Part shown: positions 1 to 8,288 of the stretch, piece by piece | Layout of the letters: each line of letters starts with the position of its first letter | How positions within the stretch are numbered: the stretch's first letter is position 1 | Assembly (NCBI RefSeq): GCF_000354175.2 | Contig: NC_022349.1 | Coordinates: 1,170,001-1,202,000, forward strand | Origin: Vibrio alginolyticus NBRC 15630 = ATCC 17749 | Lineage (GTDB): Bacteria > Pseudomonadota > Gammaproteobacteria > Enterobacterales > Vibrionaceae | DNA length: 32,000 nt | Direction: 5' to 3' | Notes under the pieces: generated by a model | Seen by the model: the letters and a program-made list of their open reading frames with translations, nothing else | Told to the model about the DNA's origin: nothing | The model's database searches: none | Translations under genes and position numbers: made by a program

Positions 1-1201
1 GATTGAGCTCATGGGCAAGACTGGTGCCGATTTCACCGACAATCGCGACTCTTTGTGAATGCTCTAACTGTTCACTTTTCTCTTTTAAACGTAACGATGT
101 CTGCTCCAACGCTTGCTTGCTCTTGCTAAATCGATACTCAAGCCAAAAGTGGTAAGCGTTCAATACAATCACAAAAATGAACAGCGCCCACGCCCATTCC
201 TGATGACTACGCAGCCAGCGCAATGCTTCTTGCCACCAAGGCTGCTGCAACGGATGGAGGTCTAGCGCCTGATAAAGTTTGTCGATGCTCAGCAAGCTGA
301 CGGGTGACGTCCAACCTGATGCGCCTGCCGCAATAACCGCAGGGTGTTCAGGTGGCATCGCTAACAATACTTGCGCAATCTGTTTGGCGATCTGAGCAGA
401 GCCGCGCTCTGTTTTGGCAAATGACCAGTTTGGATATAACGGCGTAGAAACAGCGCACGAAGAATGTTCATTTGGCTGTTGATTTAGGACTCGAAAATCC
501 CCTTGCTGTAACAGACCTTCATTTTGCATCTGTTCCAATAAACAAGCAGGGACGACAGCGGCTTCCACATTGCCATCACGCAATTGATACAGGTTGGCAT
601 CAATAGGAAAGCCGAGGTAACGGACATCAGCAAAGAAATCGTTAGGATTAAGACCCATTTCGACTATCTGGTAACGCAGCGTTAAGTAACCGCCAAAGGC
701 TTTTTCTGATACAGCAGCAACGGGAAGCCCTGAGACATCTTGCAATGTTTGATAGCTTGAACTGGCTCGAACCACCAGCGCCGAACCAATTCCGTAGTTC
801 GAATTTTGCGGCGCTCGGCTGGTTAGCGTTGCCATCCACGATAGCGCGTATTGCCTACCCAATCGCACTGCCTGACCTGGGTTAGTTAAGATGAAATCCA
901 TCGTCTGAAACTTCACCGCTTCGCCCATTTCATCCAAGTTAAGGGGATGAAGAACAAAATGCACATCAGAAATTTGCTGATTGAGCCAATCAATGGTCGG
1001 TTGCCATCTCTGCTCAGCATAAAGGTGACCACGTATCGCTAACACGCCCACTTCGACTTTCTGCTTGGCCTCTGGCTGCACTGCCTTTTGCTCTTGCATT
1101 TCTTGCAGATATTCTTGTTCAGAAACTGCGCCCTGAGCCAAAGATGCAAAGGCAACTAAGCAAAGAACCCAAAACTGAAGCAACCGTGGCGTTTTGTTCA
1201 T
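1..1201 (-). CDS. ttrS: TtrS-like sensor histidine kinase, N-terminal ~400 aa (3' end lies beyond the window start)
   Basis: Open to the window edge, so absent from the ORF track. The reverse complement of 1199-1201 is ATG. My translation reads MNKTPRLLQFWVLCLVAFASLAQGAVSEQEYLQEMQEQKA (N-terminal hydrophobic anchor). A long periplasmic region follows, then a second hydrophobic segment (QEWAWALFIFVIVLNAYHFW, about nt 140-200). At nt 2-58 lies the histidine-kinase H-box SQRVAIVGEIGTSLAHELN. The gene is divergent from ttrBCA, as ttrS is in Salmonella. Confidence 0.75.
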   Translation of the reverse strand, partial: MNKTPRLLQFWVLCLVAFASLAQGAVSEQEYLQEMQEQKAVQPEAKQKVEVGVLAIRGHLYAEQRWQPTIDWLNQQISDVHFVLHPLNLDEMGEAVKFQTMDFILTNPGQAVRLGRQYALSWMATLTSRAPQNSNYGIGSALVVRASSSYQTLQDVSGLPVAAVSEKAFGGYLTLRYQIVEMGLNPNDFFADVRYLGFPIDANLYQLRDGNVEAAVVPACLLEQMQNEGLLQQGDFRVLNQQPNEHSSCAVSTPLYPNWSFAKTERGSAQIAKQIAQVLLAMPPEHPAVIAAGASGWTSPVSLLSIDKLYQALDLHPLQQPWWQEALRWLRSHQEWAWALFIFVIVLNAYHFWLEYRFSKSKQALEQTSLRLKEKSEQLEHSQRVAIVGEIGTSLAHELN

Positions 1202-1274
1202 GATGAGTAGAATCGTTCCTTCGAAAGTAATGGAGCAAGAATAACAGCTACCCTTGGTAAACCACATTTGTTTT

Positions 1275-1290
1275 AGATCAAGTTTGATCT
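1275..1290. promoter_or_regulatory. Inverted repeat AGATCAA-GT-TTGATCT carrying two GATC sites, in the ttrS/ttrB divergent region
   Basis: Read directly: 7-bp perfect arms with a 2-bp spacer. It lies 3 nt upstream of the 19-nt box at 1294-1312. Each arm contains a Dam-type GATC. Function unknown. Confidence 0.35.
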
Positions 1291-1293
1291 GGG

Positions 1294-1312
1294 TATGTGG
1301 AAATCCACAATA
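1294..1312. promoter_or_regulatory. Candidate operator, copy 1: TATGTGGAAATCCACAATA (core palindrome TGTGGA-AA-TCCACA at 1296-1309)
   Basis: A 19/19 identical copy occurs at 6509-6527 upstream of tsdB. In both copies a -10-like hexamer (CACAAT at 1334-1339, GACAAT at 6549-6554) starts exactly 21 nt after the box. This copy lies 70 nt upstream of the ttrB ATG. Confidence 0.55.
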
Positions 1313-1381
1313 TAAGCCTCGCAGTGCATTTCTCACAATGGAATCAGTCAATTCAAATACAACAAAAAAAGCAGGTGAGTT

Positions 1382-2149
1382 ATGGATTCCACCAAACGTC
1401 GCTTTCTCAGCGCGGTCACAGCCGGAGCCGCGTTAATTCCAGTCGCTGGCATTGGCACGGCAACTGCGGGAAACATTATTCGAAATAACCAGTCCGCTGA
1501 CCGAAAAGGACAAGTCGGGAAGCGTTATGCCATGGTGATAGATTTGCGTAAATGTGTCGGATGCCAGGCTTGCACTGTGGGTTGCAGCATCGAGAACCAA
1601 GCGCCAATCGGTCAGTTCCGAACCACCGTAAAGCAATACGAAGTTACGTTAGATGATGGCTCTACAGCCACGCGAGAAGCAAAAGCCTTTATGCTACCGC
1701 GCCTGTGTAACCACTGCGACAACCCACCTTGCGTGGCAGTGTGTCCGGTTCAAGCAACCTTTCAGCGCAAAGATGGCATTGTCATGGTGGATAACAGCCG
1801 CTGCGTCGCCTGCGCGTACTGCGTACAAGCTTGCCCTTACGATGCTCGCTTTATCAATGAAGACACCCTCACCGCAGATAAATGTACCTTCTGTGCTCAC
1901 CGTCTAGAACAAGGTCTATTGCCTGCCTGCGTGGAAACCTGTGTTGGCGGTGCACGTGTAATTGGTGATTTGAATGATCCATCAAGCGAAGTCCGCCGCT
2001 TAATTGCGAAGCACCAAGACGATATCAAAGTGCTAAAACCCAATGAAGGCACCAAGCCACACGTGTTTTACATCGGCATGGATGAACGCTTCACCAGCCA
2101 CATCGACGGACAACCTGCTATTTACGACCCACAGGGAGAGCGCGCATGA
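1382..2149 (+). CDS. ttrB: Tetrathionate reductase subunit B (4x[4Fe-4S] ferredoxin-type electron transfer subunit)
   Basis: Twin-arginine signal MDSTKRRFLSAV. Cys clusters CVGCQACTVGC, CNHCDNPPCVAVCP, CVACAYCVQACP and CTFC...C. It is near-colinear with Salmonella TtrB as I recall it (RYAM-IDLR-C-GCQ-CTV-C, LPRLCNHCDNPPCV, DKCTFC-HRLE-GLLPACVE-C). AGGTGA lies just upstream of the ATG. Confidence 0.9.
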   Translation: MDSTKRRFLSAVTAGAALIPVAGIGTATAGNIIRNNQSADRKGQVGKRYAMVIDLRKCVGCQACTVGCSIENQAPIGQFRTTVKQYEVTLDDGSTATREAKAFMLPRLCNHCDNPPCVAVCPVQATFQRKDGIVMVDNSRCVACAYCVQACPYDARFINEDTLTADKCTFCAHRLEQGLLPACVETCVGGARVIGDLNDPSSEVRRLIAKHQDDIKVLKPNEGTKPHVFYIGMDERFTSHIDGQPAIYDPQGERA

Positions 2150-3276
2150 ACATCACCGAAGTGTTAGTCCAACCTCAAGCAATGGCTTGGCTCCCGTGGG
2201 CAGTGCAGTATTTCTTCTACATCGGCTCAGCTTATGCGGCTGCTGTTTTATTCCTAATCGCCCTATTATTTGAAAAACACACCAGTCACAGACTGCGCGC
2301 TGCGCTTGTTCTGACGCTGGCCATCGGCGCCATCGTGGGGCCATTAGCGTTAACTGGCGACCTTCACCAACCGGGACGCGCATGGCATTTCTACGCACAC
2401 ATCACTCCGTGGTCATGGATGTCTTTAGGGTCGCTTTTCTTGCCTGTTTTCTCAGGTTTAGCGGTAGTGACTGCATGGCTGTATCTCCGCGAGGATCTGA
2501 TCAACTTACGTAATCAGCCAGGGAAAGTACTGCCTCTAATTTCAAAGCTGTCACTGGGTGACTGGGCGCTCTCTCGTAGAGTCATGCTTATGGTGTCTGC
2601 CATCACGGTGCTATCAGGCATCACCATTGCAGTCTACACAGGCGCTGAAATTGCGGTCGTTAAATCGCGCTCTTTATGGCACCAACCCGCGTCACCAATT
2701 CTTTGGTTTGTCACTGCATTTATGGGCGCTGTCGGATTTTCTCTGCTGATTTGGTTACTGCTGCCTAGTCAGTCAAAGACGCTGACATCTGGCGATACTA
2801 ATTTACTGAAAAAATCAGTGGTTACCAGCGGTGTATTAACGCTGATACTGCTACCGATTTGGGCATCCAACAATTCCGCATTTTCGCTCTATTCTAGCGA
2901 ACAATGGATGCACAACATTGCCCTGCTCACTTTTGTCGTTTTAGGTTGTGTTTTGCTCGCTTTCATCTTCTTGCGCGATACCAAAAAGTCCGCATCAGCC
3001 AGATTTCGTCACGTCATAGGGCTCAGTTTTGTGTCTGCTGCCGCACTGGAAAGTGCATGGCTGATTCGCTGGTTTACCATCATGGAAGTGCAAACCATCG
3101 CCAAGTTCGATGCAGGGCTGTATCCATACCAACTCACTATGGATGGAAATGGCTGGATAGGCATTATCGGCATGCTCGGATTATGGCTTGCACTGGCACT
3201 GCTCGGTTCGGAGCTGGTTCAGCCAAAACAAAAGATCGAAGTAAAAGCCTCATCACCCACCTTAACTGAACGCTAA
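2146..3276 (+). CDS. ttrC: Tetrathionate reductase subunit C (PsrC/NrfD-type polytopic quinol-oxidising membrane anchor)
   Basis: ATGA start/stop overlap with ttrB (2146-2149). It has many hydrophobic segments. The N-terminal AWLPWAVQYFFYIG and LTGDLHQPGRAWHFY...PWSWM blocks match Salmonella TtrC as I recall it. It is the middle gene of the ttrBCA order. Confidence 0.85.
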   Translation: MNITEVLVQPQAMAWLPWAVQYFFYIGSAYAAAVLFLIALLFEKHTSHRLRAALVLTLAIGAIVGPLALTGDLHQPGRAWHFYAHITPWSWMSLGSLFLPVFSGLAVVTAWLYLREDLINLRNQPGKVLPLISKLSLGDWALSRRVMLMVSAITVLSGITIAVYTGAEIAVVKSRSLWHQPASPILWFVTAFMGAVGFSLLIWLLLPSQSKTLTSGDTNLLKKSVVTSGVLTLILLPIWASNNSAFSLYSSEQWMHNIALLTFVVLGCVLLAFIFLRDTKKSASARFRHVIGLSFVSAAALESAWLIRWFTIMEVQTIAKFDAGLYPYQLTMDGNGWIGIIGMLGLWLALALLGSELVQPKQKIEVKASSPTLTER

Positions 3277-3293
3277 TCAAAGGGGATTTCATC

Positions 3294-6200
3294 ATGGATA
3301 ACAAACGCCGTCAGTTTTTGAAATCAGGCATTGCAGTGGGTGGGCTTGGCGCATTCGCTGCGGGTTACGCCACCACCACCAAACACATGGTCGAGGGTGC
3401 GCTCGAAGGCACTGCGGGAGAAAAAACGCGTGATATTCACCACGGTAACTCGCTTGAACCAGAGTACACGGTCAACAGCAAAGGCAACCTAATCCCTAAT
3501 CCAAATCAGCGCGTTGCACCATCGATGTGCTTTGGTTGTTGGTCACTGTGCGGATTGCGTGTACGCATTGATAACCGCAACGACGAGATTTTGCGTATTA
3601 CTGGCAACCCATATCACCCACTCTCTCATCAGCAACACATTCCGTTCGAAACGCCAGTCAAAGGTGCTTATTTAAGTTTGGCAGGAGAAGCGGGCCTTGA
3701 CGGTCGTTCAACAGCATGCGCACGTGGCAATGGGATGCTAGAAATTCGCAACAGCCCGTACCGCATTACTCAGCCACTGAAACGAGTTGGAAAACGCGGC
3801 GAAGGAAAATGGATTCCGATCAGTTACGAACAACTGATAGAAGAAGTCGTCGAGGGCGGTGATTTATTTGGTGAAGGTCATGTGGATGGCTTACGCGACA
3901 TTCGCGATTTAACAACGCCCGTTGATCCTGAAAACCCAGAATATGGACCGAAAGCCAACCAACTGTTAATGACCAACGCCGGTAACGAAGGCCGAGACGA
4001 CATATTCAAACGCTTCGCGTTCAACAGCTATGGTACGCGTAACTTTGGGCATCATGGCTCTTACTGCGGCTACGCATTTCGTGCTGGCAGCGGCGCATTC
4101 ATGAACGATTTAGATAAGAACGCGCACTTGAAGCCAGACTTTGATAACGCGGAATACATCATCTTCATCGGTATGTCACCAGCTCAAGCGGGTAACCCTT
4201 TTAAGCGTCAGGCGCGCCAACTCGCCAATGCGCGAACAGAAGGTAGCTTGGAATACACCATCATCACACCAAGTTTGCCTGCTGGTTCATCGAGCTTGGC
4301 TGCCGGTGACAACAACCGCTGGGTACCAATCAAACCAGGCACCGACTCTGCCCTCGTGCTTGGCATGATCCAGTGGATCATCGAAAACCAACGCTACAAC
4401 AAAACCTTCTTGGCGCAGCCGGGGGCAAACGCGATGAAGCGAGCCGGCACCGCGCACTGGTGTAATGCTACGCATCTCGTGATAAGCGATAATCAGCACC
4501 CGAGAAACGGCACGTTTTTACGCGCGTCGGACTTGAATCTGCCATTCGAGGGCGAAGCGTTGTCTGACTCCGACCCATACGTCATCGTGGATGAGCAAAG
4601 CGGCGAATTTGGTGTTCATACCCAAGAAGAGGAAGCGGCACTGTTTGTCGATAAAACGGTTTCGCTTGCATCGGGCGAAGTGCGCGTAAAATCGTCTCTA
4701 CAAAGACTCAAAGAAGAGGCGTTCAAATACAGCCTTGCGTTCTACAGCCAACAATGTGAAATCCCTGTCGAACAAATTGTTGAACTAGCAAAGCGCTTCA
4801 CCAGTCACGGAACAAAAGCGGTGGTCGATACCCACGGTGGCAACATGCACACCAATGGGTTCTATAACTCGTTTACCATCATGATGCTCAATGCGTTGAT
4901 TGGTAACATAAATATGAAAGGCGGCGCGATGGCCAAAGCGGGTGGCTACCCAACTTCCGCTGCGGGTCCTCGTTACGACTTCACCAAATTTGCTGGCAAA
5001 GTCGGCCCGAAAGGCGTCTTTTTGTCGCGCAGTAAATTCCCCTACCACAAAACAAGCGAATACAAACGTCGCGTTGAGGCTGGTGAATCCCCTTATCCAA
5101 CTCGCGCGCCTTGGTATCCGTTTGCCGCGCCACTGCTGACAGAGCACCTATCTGCGGCTATTGATGGTTATCCATACCGCGTTAAAGCGTGGATCAATCA
5201 CATGGCGAACCCAATGTATGGTGTACCCGGTTTGAAAGCTCTGCTGGAAGACAAGCTTAAAGATCCAAAAAAACTCGGTTTGATTGTGTCTGTTGATGCG
5301 TTCATTAACGAAACCACCGCATTGTCGGACTATATTGTGCCGGACACGGTCACCTACGAAAGCTGGGGTATGGCAACGCCTTGGCACGACGTTCCGGTGA
5401 AAACCGTCACCGCTCGTTGGCCGATTGTGGGAGCGCGAACAGAGAAAACCGCCGATGGTCGTTCAATTTGCTTAGAAAACTTTTTGATTGATGTCGCCAA
5501 GAAAATGCAACTAGGCGGCTTTGGTGACAACGCGATTCAAGATGCGCAAGGGAATTGGCACGCTCTCCACAGCGCTGAAGATTTCTACTTACGTTCCGCG
5601 GCAAACTTGGCTTATGTGAAAGGCGGGGTGCCTGAAGTTTCGGCAGAAGACATTGCGTGGTCCGGCCTAGAGCGTTTAATGCCAGCCATGCAGAAGACGC
5701 TGACAGCGGATGAGATGAAACGTGTGGCGTTTATTTTTGCTCGCGGTGGACGTTTTGAAAATGCAACCGAAGCGTATCAAGGTGAGCAAATGAAGCACAA
5801 ATGGACACGACCTGTCGCGATATGGAATGAACGTGTCGGCAGCGCAAGAAACACCATGACCGGTGATTTCTACACGGGTTGCCCAACATGGCATCCACAA
5901 AAACTGGCCGATGGCACATCAATGGAAGACCAGTTCCCAAGCTCAGAATGGCCTTTCAGCCTGACGAACTTTAAATCCAACATTCACAGTGCGGTATCCA
6001 ATCTATCGCCAAGGTTGAACTCGATTAAAGGCGTAAACCCAGTGTACATCCATCCAATCGATGCCGAGTGCGCAGGCATTAAAACGGGTGATGAGTTTGT
6101 TATCGAGACACCATCTGCAAGCACCAAAGCACTTGCGATGATAGTCAGCGGGATTCGCCCTGGCACACTCGGATTTGAACATGGGTTTGGCCATACCGAG

Positions 6201-6386
6201 CTAGGACAACGCTCGCACTGGATCGGCGATAAGCAACAACCCGTAAAAACGCGCAGCCAAGATGGCGTCAATATTAACGACATTGGCTTAATTGACCCTA
6301 CTCGAGAAGGCAAAGGCGTGTTGTTGGATTGGGTCGTGGGCGCGGCGGCACGTCAGTCCCTGCCGGCCAAAATCCGCAAAGCGTAA
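3294..6386 (+). CDS. ttrA: Tetrathionate reductase catalytic subunit A (bis-MGD molybdopterin oxidoreductase)
   Basis: Tat signal MDNKRRQFLKSGIAVGGLGAFAAGYA. N-terminal Fe-S (FS0) motif CFGCWSLCG. At 1030 aa it has the typical TtrA size. It is the third gene of ttrBCA, with AGGGGA upstream of the ATG. Confidence 0.9.
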   Translation: MDNKRRQFLKSGIAVGGLGAFAAGYATTTKHMVEGALEGTAGEKTRDIHHGNSLEPEYTVNSKGNLIPNPNQRVAPSMCFGCWSLCGLRVRIDNRNDEILRITGNPYHPLSHQQHIPFETPVKGAYLSLAGEAGLDGRSTACARGNGMLEIRNSPYRITQPLKRVGKRGEGKWIPISYEQLIEEVVEGGDLFGEGHVDGLRDIRDLTTPVDPENPEYGPKANQLLMTNAGNEGRDDIFKRFAFNSYGTRNFGHHGSYCGYAFRAGSGAFMNDLDKNAHLKPDFDNAEYIIFIGMSPAQAGNPFKRQARQLANARTEGSLEYTIITPSLPAGSSSLAAGDNNRWVPIKPGTDSALVLGMIQWIIENQRYNKTFLAQPGANAMKRAGTAHWCNATHLVISDNQHPRNGTFLRASDLNLPFEGEALSDSDPYVIVDEQSGEFGVHTQEEEAALFVDKTVSLASGEVRVKSSLQRLKEEAFKYSLAFYSQQCEIPVEQIVELAKRFTSHGTKAVVDTHGGNMHTNGFYNSFTIMMLNALIGNINMKGGAMAKAGGYPTSAAGPRYDFTKFAGKVGPKGVFLSRSKFPYHKTSEYKRRVEAGESPYPTRAPWYPFAAPLLTEHLSAAIDGYPYRVKAWINHMANPMYGVPGLKALLEDKLKDPKKLGLIVSVDAFINETTALSDYIVPDTVTYESWGMATPWHDVPVKTVTARWPIVGARTEKTADGRSICLENFLIDVAKKMQLGGFGDNAIQDAQGNWHALHSAEDFYLRSAANLAYVKGGVPEVSAEDIAWSGLERLMPAMQKTLTADEMKRVAFIFARGGRFENATEAYQGEQMKHKWTRPVAIWNERVGSARNTMTGDFYTGCPTWHPQKLADGTSMEDQFPSSEWPFSLTNFKSNIHSAVSNLSPRLNSIKGVNPVYIHPIDAECAGIKTGDEFVIETPSASTKALAMIVSGIRPGTLGFEHGFGHTELGQRSHWIGDKQQPVKTRSQDGVNINDIGLIDPTREGKGVLLDWVVGAAARQSLPAKIRKA

Positions 6387-6415
6387 CGCCGCACGTTAAG
6401 ACGTCTCTACCACTT

Positions 6416-6439
6416 AGAGCTGCCGATTTGTGCAGCTCT
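6416..6439 (+). terminator. Hairpin after ttrA (AGAGCTGC-N8-GCAGCTCT)
   Basis: An 8-bp perfect stem 30 nt after the ttrA stop. The T-run (TTTGTTTTT) begins about 10 nt after the stem rather than immediately, so it is only a moderate intrinsic-terminator candidate. Confidence 0.45.
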
Positions 6440-6508
6440 TCACCACTTTGTTTTTATCGCTTATAGAACAACCAATAAAAACAAATACGGCCATTTACAC
6501 TTATTAAA

Positions 6509-6527
6509 TATGTGGAAATCCACAATA
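6509..6527. promoter_or_regulatory. Candidate operator, copy 2: TATGTGGAAATCCACAATA
   Basis: Identical 19-mer to 1294-1312. It lies 89 nt upstream of the tsdB-like ATG. GACAAT at 6549-6554 sits at the same 21-nt offset as CACAAT in the ttrB promoter. Confidence 0.55.
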
Positions 6528-6615
6528 CCTTTCATTATTGACAAGGCCGACAATATTGTCCAAGTGACTACCAAGTAGCACTTAGACATATTAATAAAAA
6601 TTAAAGTGAGTCAGC

Positions 6616-7227
6616 ATGTCAAAAATTCTTCCAGTGGTGGTGGCCTGTTTGTTAGCAACCACTATGGGCGCAAGCGCCTCGTCTATTCCGGAAAAAGCCA
6701 GCGTATGTAGCGGTTGTCACGGCCAAGATGGCATGGGACAGCCAAATATCGCGCCGATGATCGCTGGTTTAAACGCGAATTATCTCAACACTCAAATCGA
6801 ACTATTCCTTAGTGGCGAACGCCAAAATGTGGTCATGCAAGGCATGGCGAAGGAACTCAGCGATCCCGCAGACCGTAAGGAAGTTATGGAGTACTTTGCT
6901 AACCTCCCGAGCTATGAGTTCACGAATCCAGAACAACGCGGCGACCAAGCTGATATTCGTAACCCGTATCGTAAATTAATTTTCCAAGGCGATTGGGATA
7001 GAAATATTCCAGCTTGCGCAACTTGTCATGGAGCCAGCGGTATGGGCGTCGACAAGTTCCCTCGCCTCGCAAGCCAACATGCTGATTACTTAAAAACGCA
7101 ATTGATGGCATGGAAAAACGGCACTCGCAGTGGCGACCCGCTCAATATGATGGGGACCATCGCAAAAAATCTCACTGACAAAGAGATCGAAAATCTTGCT
7201 TACTACTTTGCCTCATTACGTTACTAG
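6616..7227 (+). CDS. tsdB: Diheme cytochrome c4-family protein, TsdB-like
   Basis: Sec-type signal MSKILPVVVACLLATTMGASA. Two CxxCH heme motifs (CSGCH, CATCH) sit in two repeated halves, which is the cytochrome c4 layout. It lies directly upstream of a TsdA-like gene (9-nt gap, AGGAG before the next ATG), the tsdB-tsdA arrangement described in other proteobacteria. Confidence 0.6.
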   Translation: MSKILPVVVACLLATTMGASASSIPEKASVCSGCHGQDGMGQPNIAPMIAGLNANYLNTQIELFLSGERQNVVMQGMAKELSDPADRKEVMEYFANLPSYEFTNPEQRGDQADIRNPYRKLIFQGDWDRNIPACATCHGASGMGVDKFPRLASQHADYLKTQLMAWKNGTRSGDPLNMMGTIAKNLTDKEIENLAYYFASLRY

Positions 7228-7235
7228 GAGCAGTC

Positions 7236-8288
7236 ATGAAACGTTTCTATTCTTTGTTCGCACTGCCTTTCATTTCTACGCTCGTACTAGCTAACGATCC
7301 ATTACCGGACCGCCAGAAAGAGCTACCTGCGATAGAAAAAGAAAAGCACGGTGAATACTTAAAATCGCGTGATCTCAGCACAATCCCAAACACCGCATTT
7401 GGTGAGCAAGTAAAACGCGGTTACTCGCTCTTTGTTAACTCACAACAAATGCGCGGAAAATACGTTGGCAACGAACAAAACTGTGTGAACTGCCATATGG
7501 AGGCAGGACGAAAAGCAAACGCTGCGCCACTGTGGGCAGCTTACATGGCATACCCTGCATATCGTAAGAAAAACGATCGCGTAAACAGCTATGCTGACCG
7601 TATCCAAGGTTGTTTCGAGTATTCCATGAACGGTAAAGCGCCCGCTTACGATTCGACAGAAATTGTTGCCCTTAGTGCTTACGCCTACTGGTTAGCGATG
7701 GGCGGCTTGCTTGACAAACATGGTATGGCGGATGAACCCATTCCAGAACTAGACGCAAAAACGTTGCAAATTGGTGGAAAAGCAAAAGACTTCCCGTTGC
7801 CCGAAGCCATCGCACAAGCATTACCAATTGAAAAGCGGGGTAATCTCTCTGGGCGTGGCTACCCAAAAATCGCCGCCCCTGAGCAAGAACCATCAATAGA
7901 GCGAGGCGCATTGGTCTACGAAAAGAACTGTGAAACTTGCCATCGCGCCGACGGTTCAGGCATCAAAGACACCAACGACCATTCATACATTCCACCACTT
8001 TGGGGCGAATATGCGTATAACTGGGGCGCAGGTATGCACCGGATTAACACAGCGGCCTATTTTATTTACGAAAACATGCCGCTTGGTAAAAGTGTACAGC
8101 TGACAGAGCAAGAAGCTTGGGATGTCGCAGCATACGTCAACAGCCATGAGCGTCCACAAGATCCTCGATTCAAAGGCAATGTCACCGCAAACGCGGAGAA
8201 ATATCACCAGCACCAAGGCTATTACGGCAAAACGCTCAACGGTACGCAAGTCGGCTCCAATGCCTTTAAGAGCGGAACGGTCAAGTAA
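7236..8288 (+). CDS. tsdA: Diheme cytochrome c, TsdA-family thiosulfate dehydrogenase / tetrathionate reductase
   Basis: Signal peptide and two CxxCH motifs (CVNCH, CETCH). It has a conserved Cys in DRIQGCFEYSMNG, the position of the axial Cys ligand of TsdA/SoxA-type heme 1. The C-terminal block PPLWG..NWGAGMHR..MPLG...EQEAWDVAAYV resembles Allochromatium TsdA as I recall it. A ~60-aa linker between the two domains makes it longer (350 aa) than the classical enzyme. Confidence 0.7.
   Translation: MKRFYSLFALPFISTLVLANDPLPDRQKELPAIEKEKHGEYLKSRDLSTIPNTAFGEQVKRGYSLFVNSQQMRGKYVGNEQNCVNCHMEAGRKANAAPLWAAYMAYPAYRKKNDRVNSYADRIQGCFEYSMNGKAPAYDSTEIVALSAYAYWLAMGGLLDKHGMADEPIPELDAKTLQIGGKAKDFPLPEAIAQALPIEKRGNLSGRGYPKIAAPEQEPSIERGALVYEKNCETCHRADGSGIKDTNDHSYIPPLWGEYAYNWGAGMHRINTAAYFIYENMPLGKSVQLTEQEAWDVAAYVNSHERPQDPRFKGNVTANAEKYHQHQGYYGKTLNGTQVGSNAFKSGTVK

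Noticed and set aside
1275-1290. Possible FNR box in the ttr promoter
   Set aside because: The words are ATCAA..TTGAT (inverted order, 2-nt spacing) rather than TTGAT-N4-ATCAA. I kept it only as an unexplained inverted repeat.
1296-1309. Resemblance of the operator arms to DnaA boxes (ATTTCCACA / AAATCCACA versus TTATCCACA)
   Set aside because: The match is only 7-8 of 9 per arm. There is no cluster of boxes, AT-rich unwinding element or GATC array as at an origin. Its occurrence in two respiratory-gene promoters fits a dedicated transcription factor better.
1254-1488. ORF-track entries 1254..1436 and 1297..1488 (60-63 aa) in the ttrS/ttrB intergenic region
   Set aside because: They overlap the promoter/operator region and the start of ttrB in other frames. 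One uses a TTG start, neither has an SD, and the sequences are low-complexity. The ttrB frame, with its Tat signal and Fe-S motifs, explains the region.
4785-5147. Antisense or alternate-frame ORFs inside large genes. Examples: 4785..5147(-), 2904..3269(+), 7983..8393(-), 10648..10977(-), 14519..14824(+), 20618..21016(+), 21705..22082(+), 28642..28920(-)
   Set aside because: All lie wholly or largely within confidently assigned genes, have no SD or recognisable motifs, and show biased, Ser/Arg/Cys-rich composition typical of off-frame translation.
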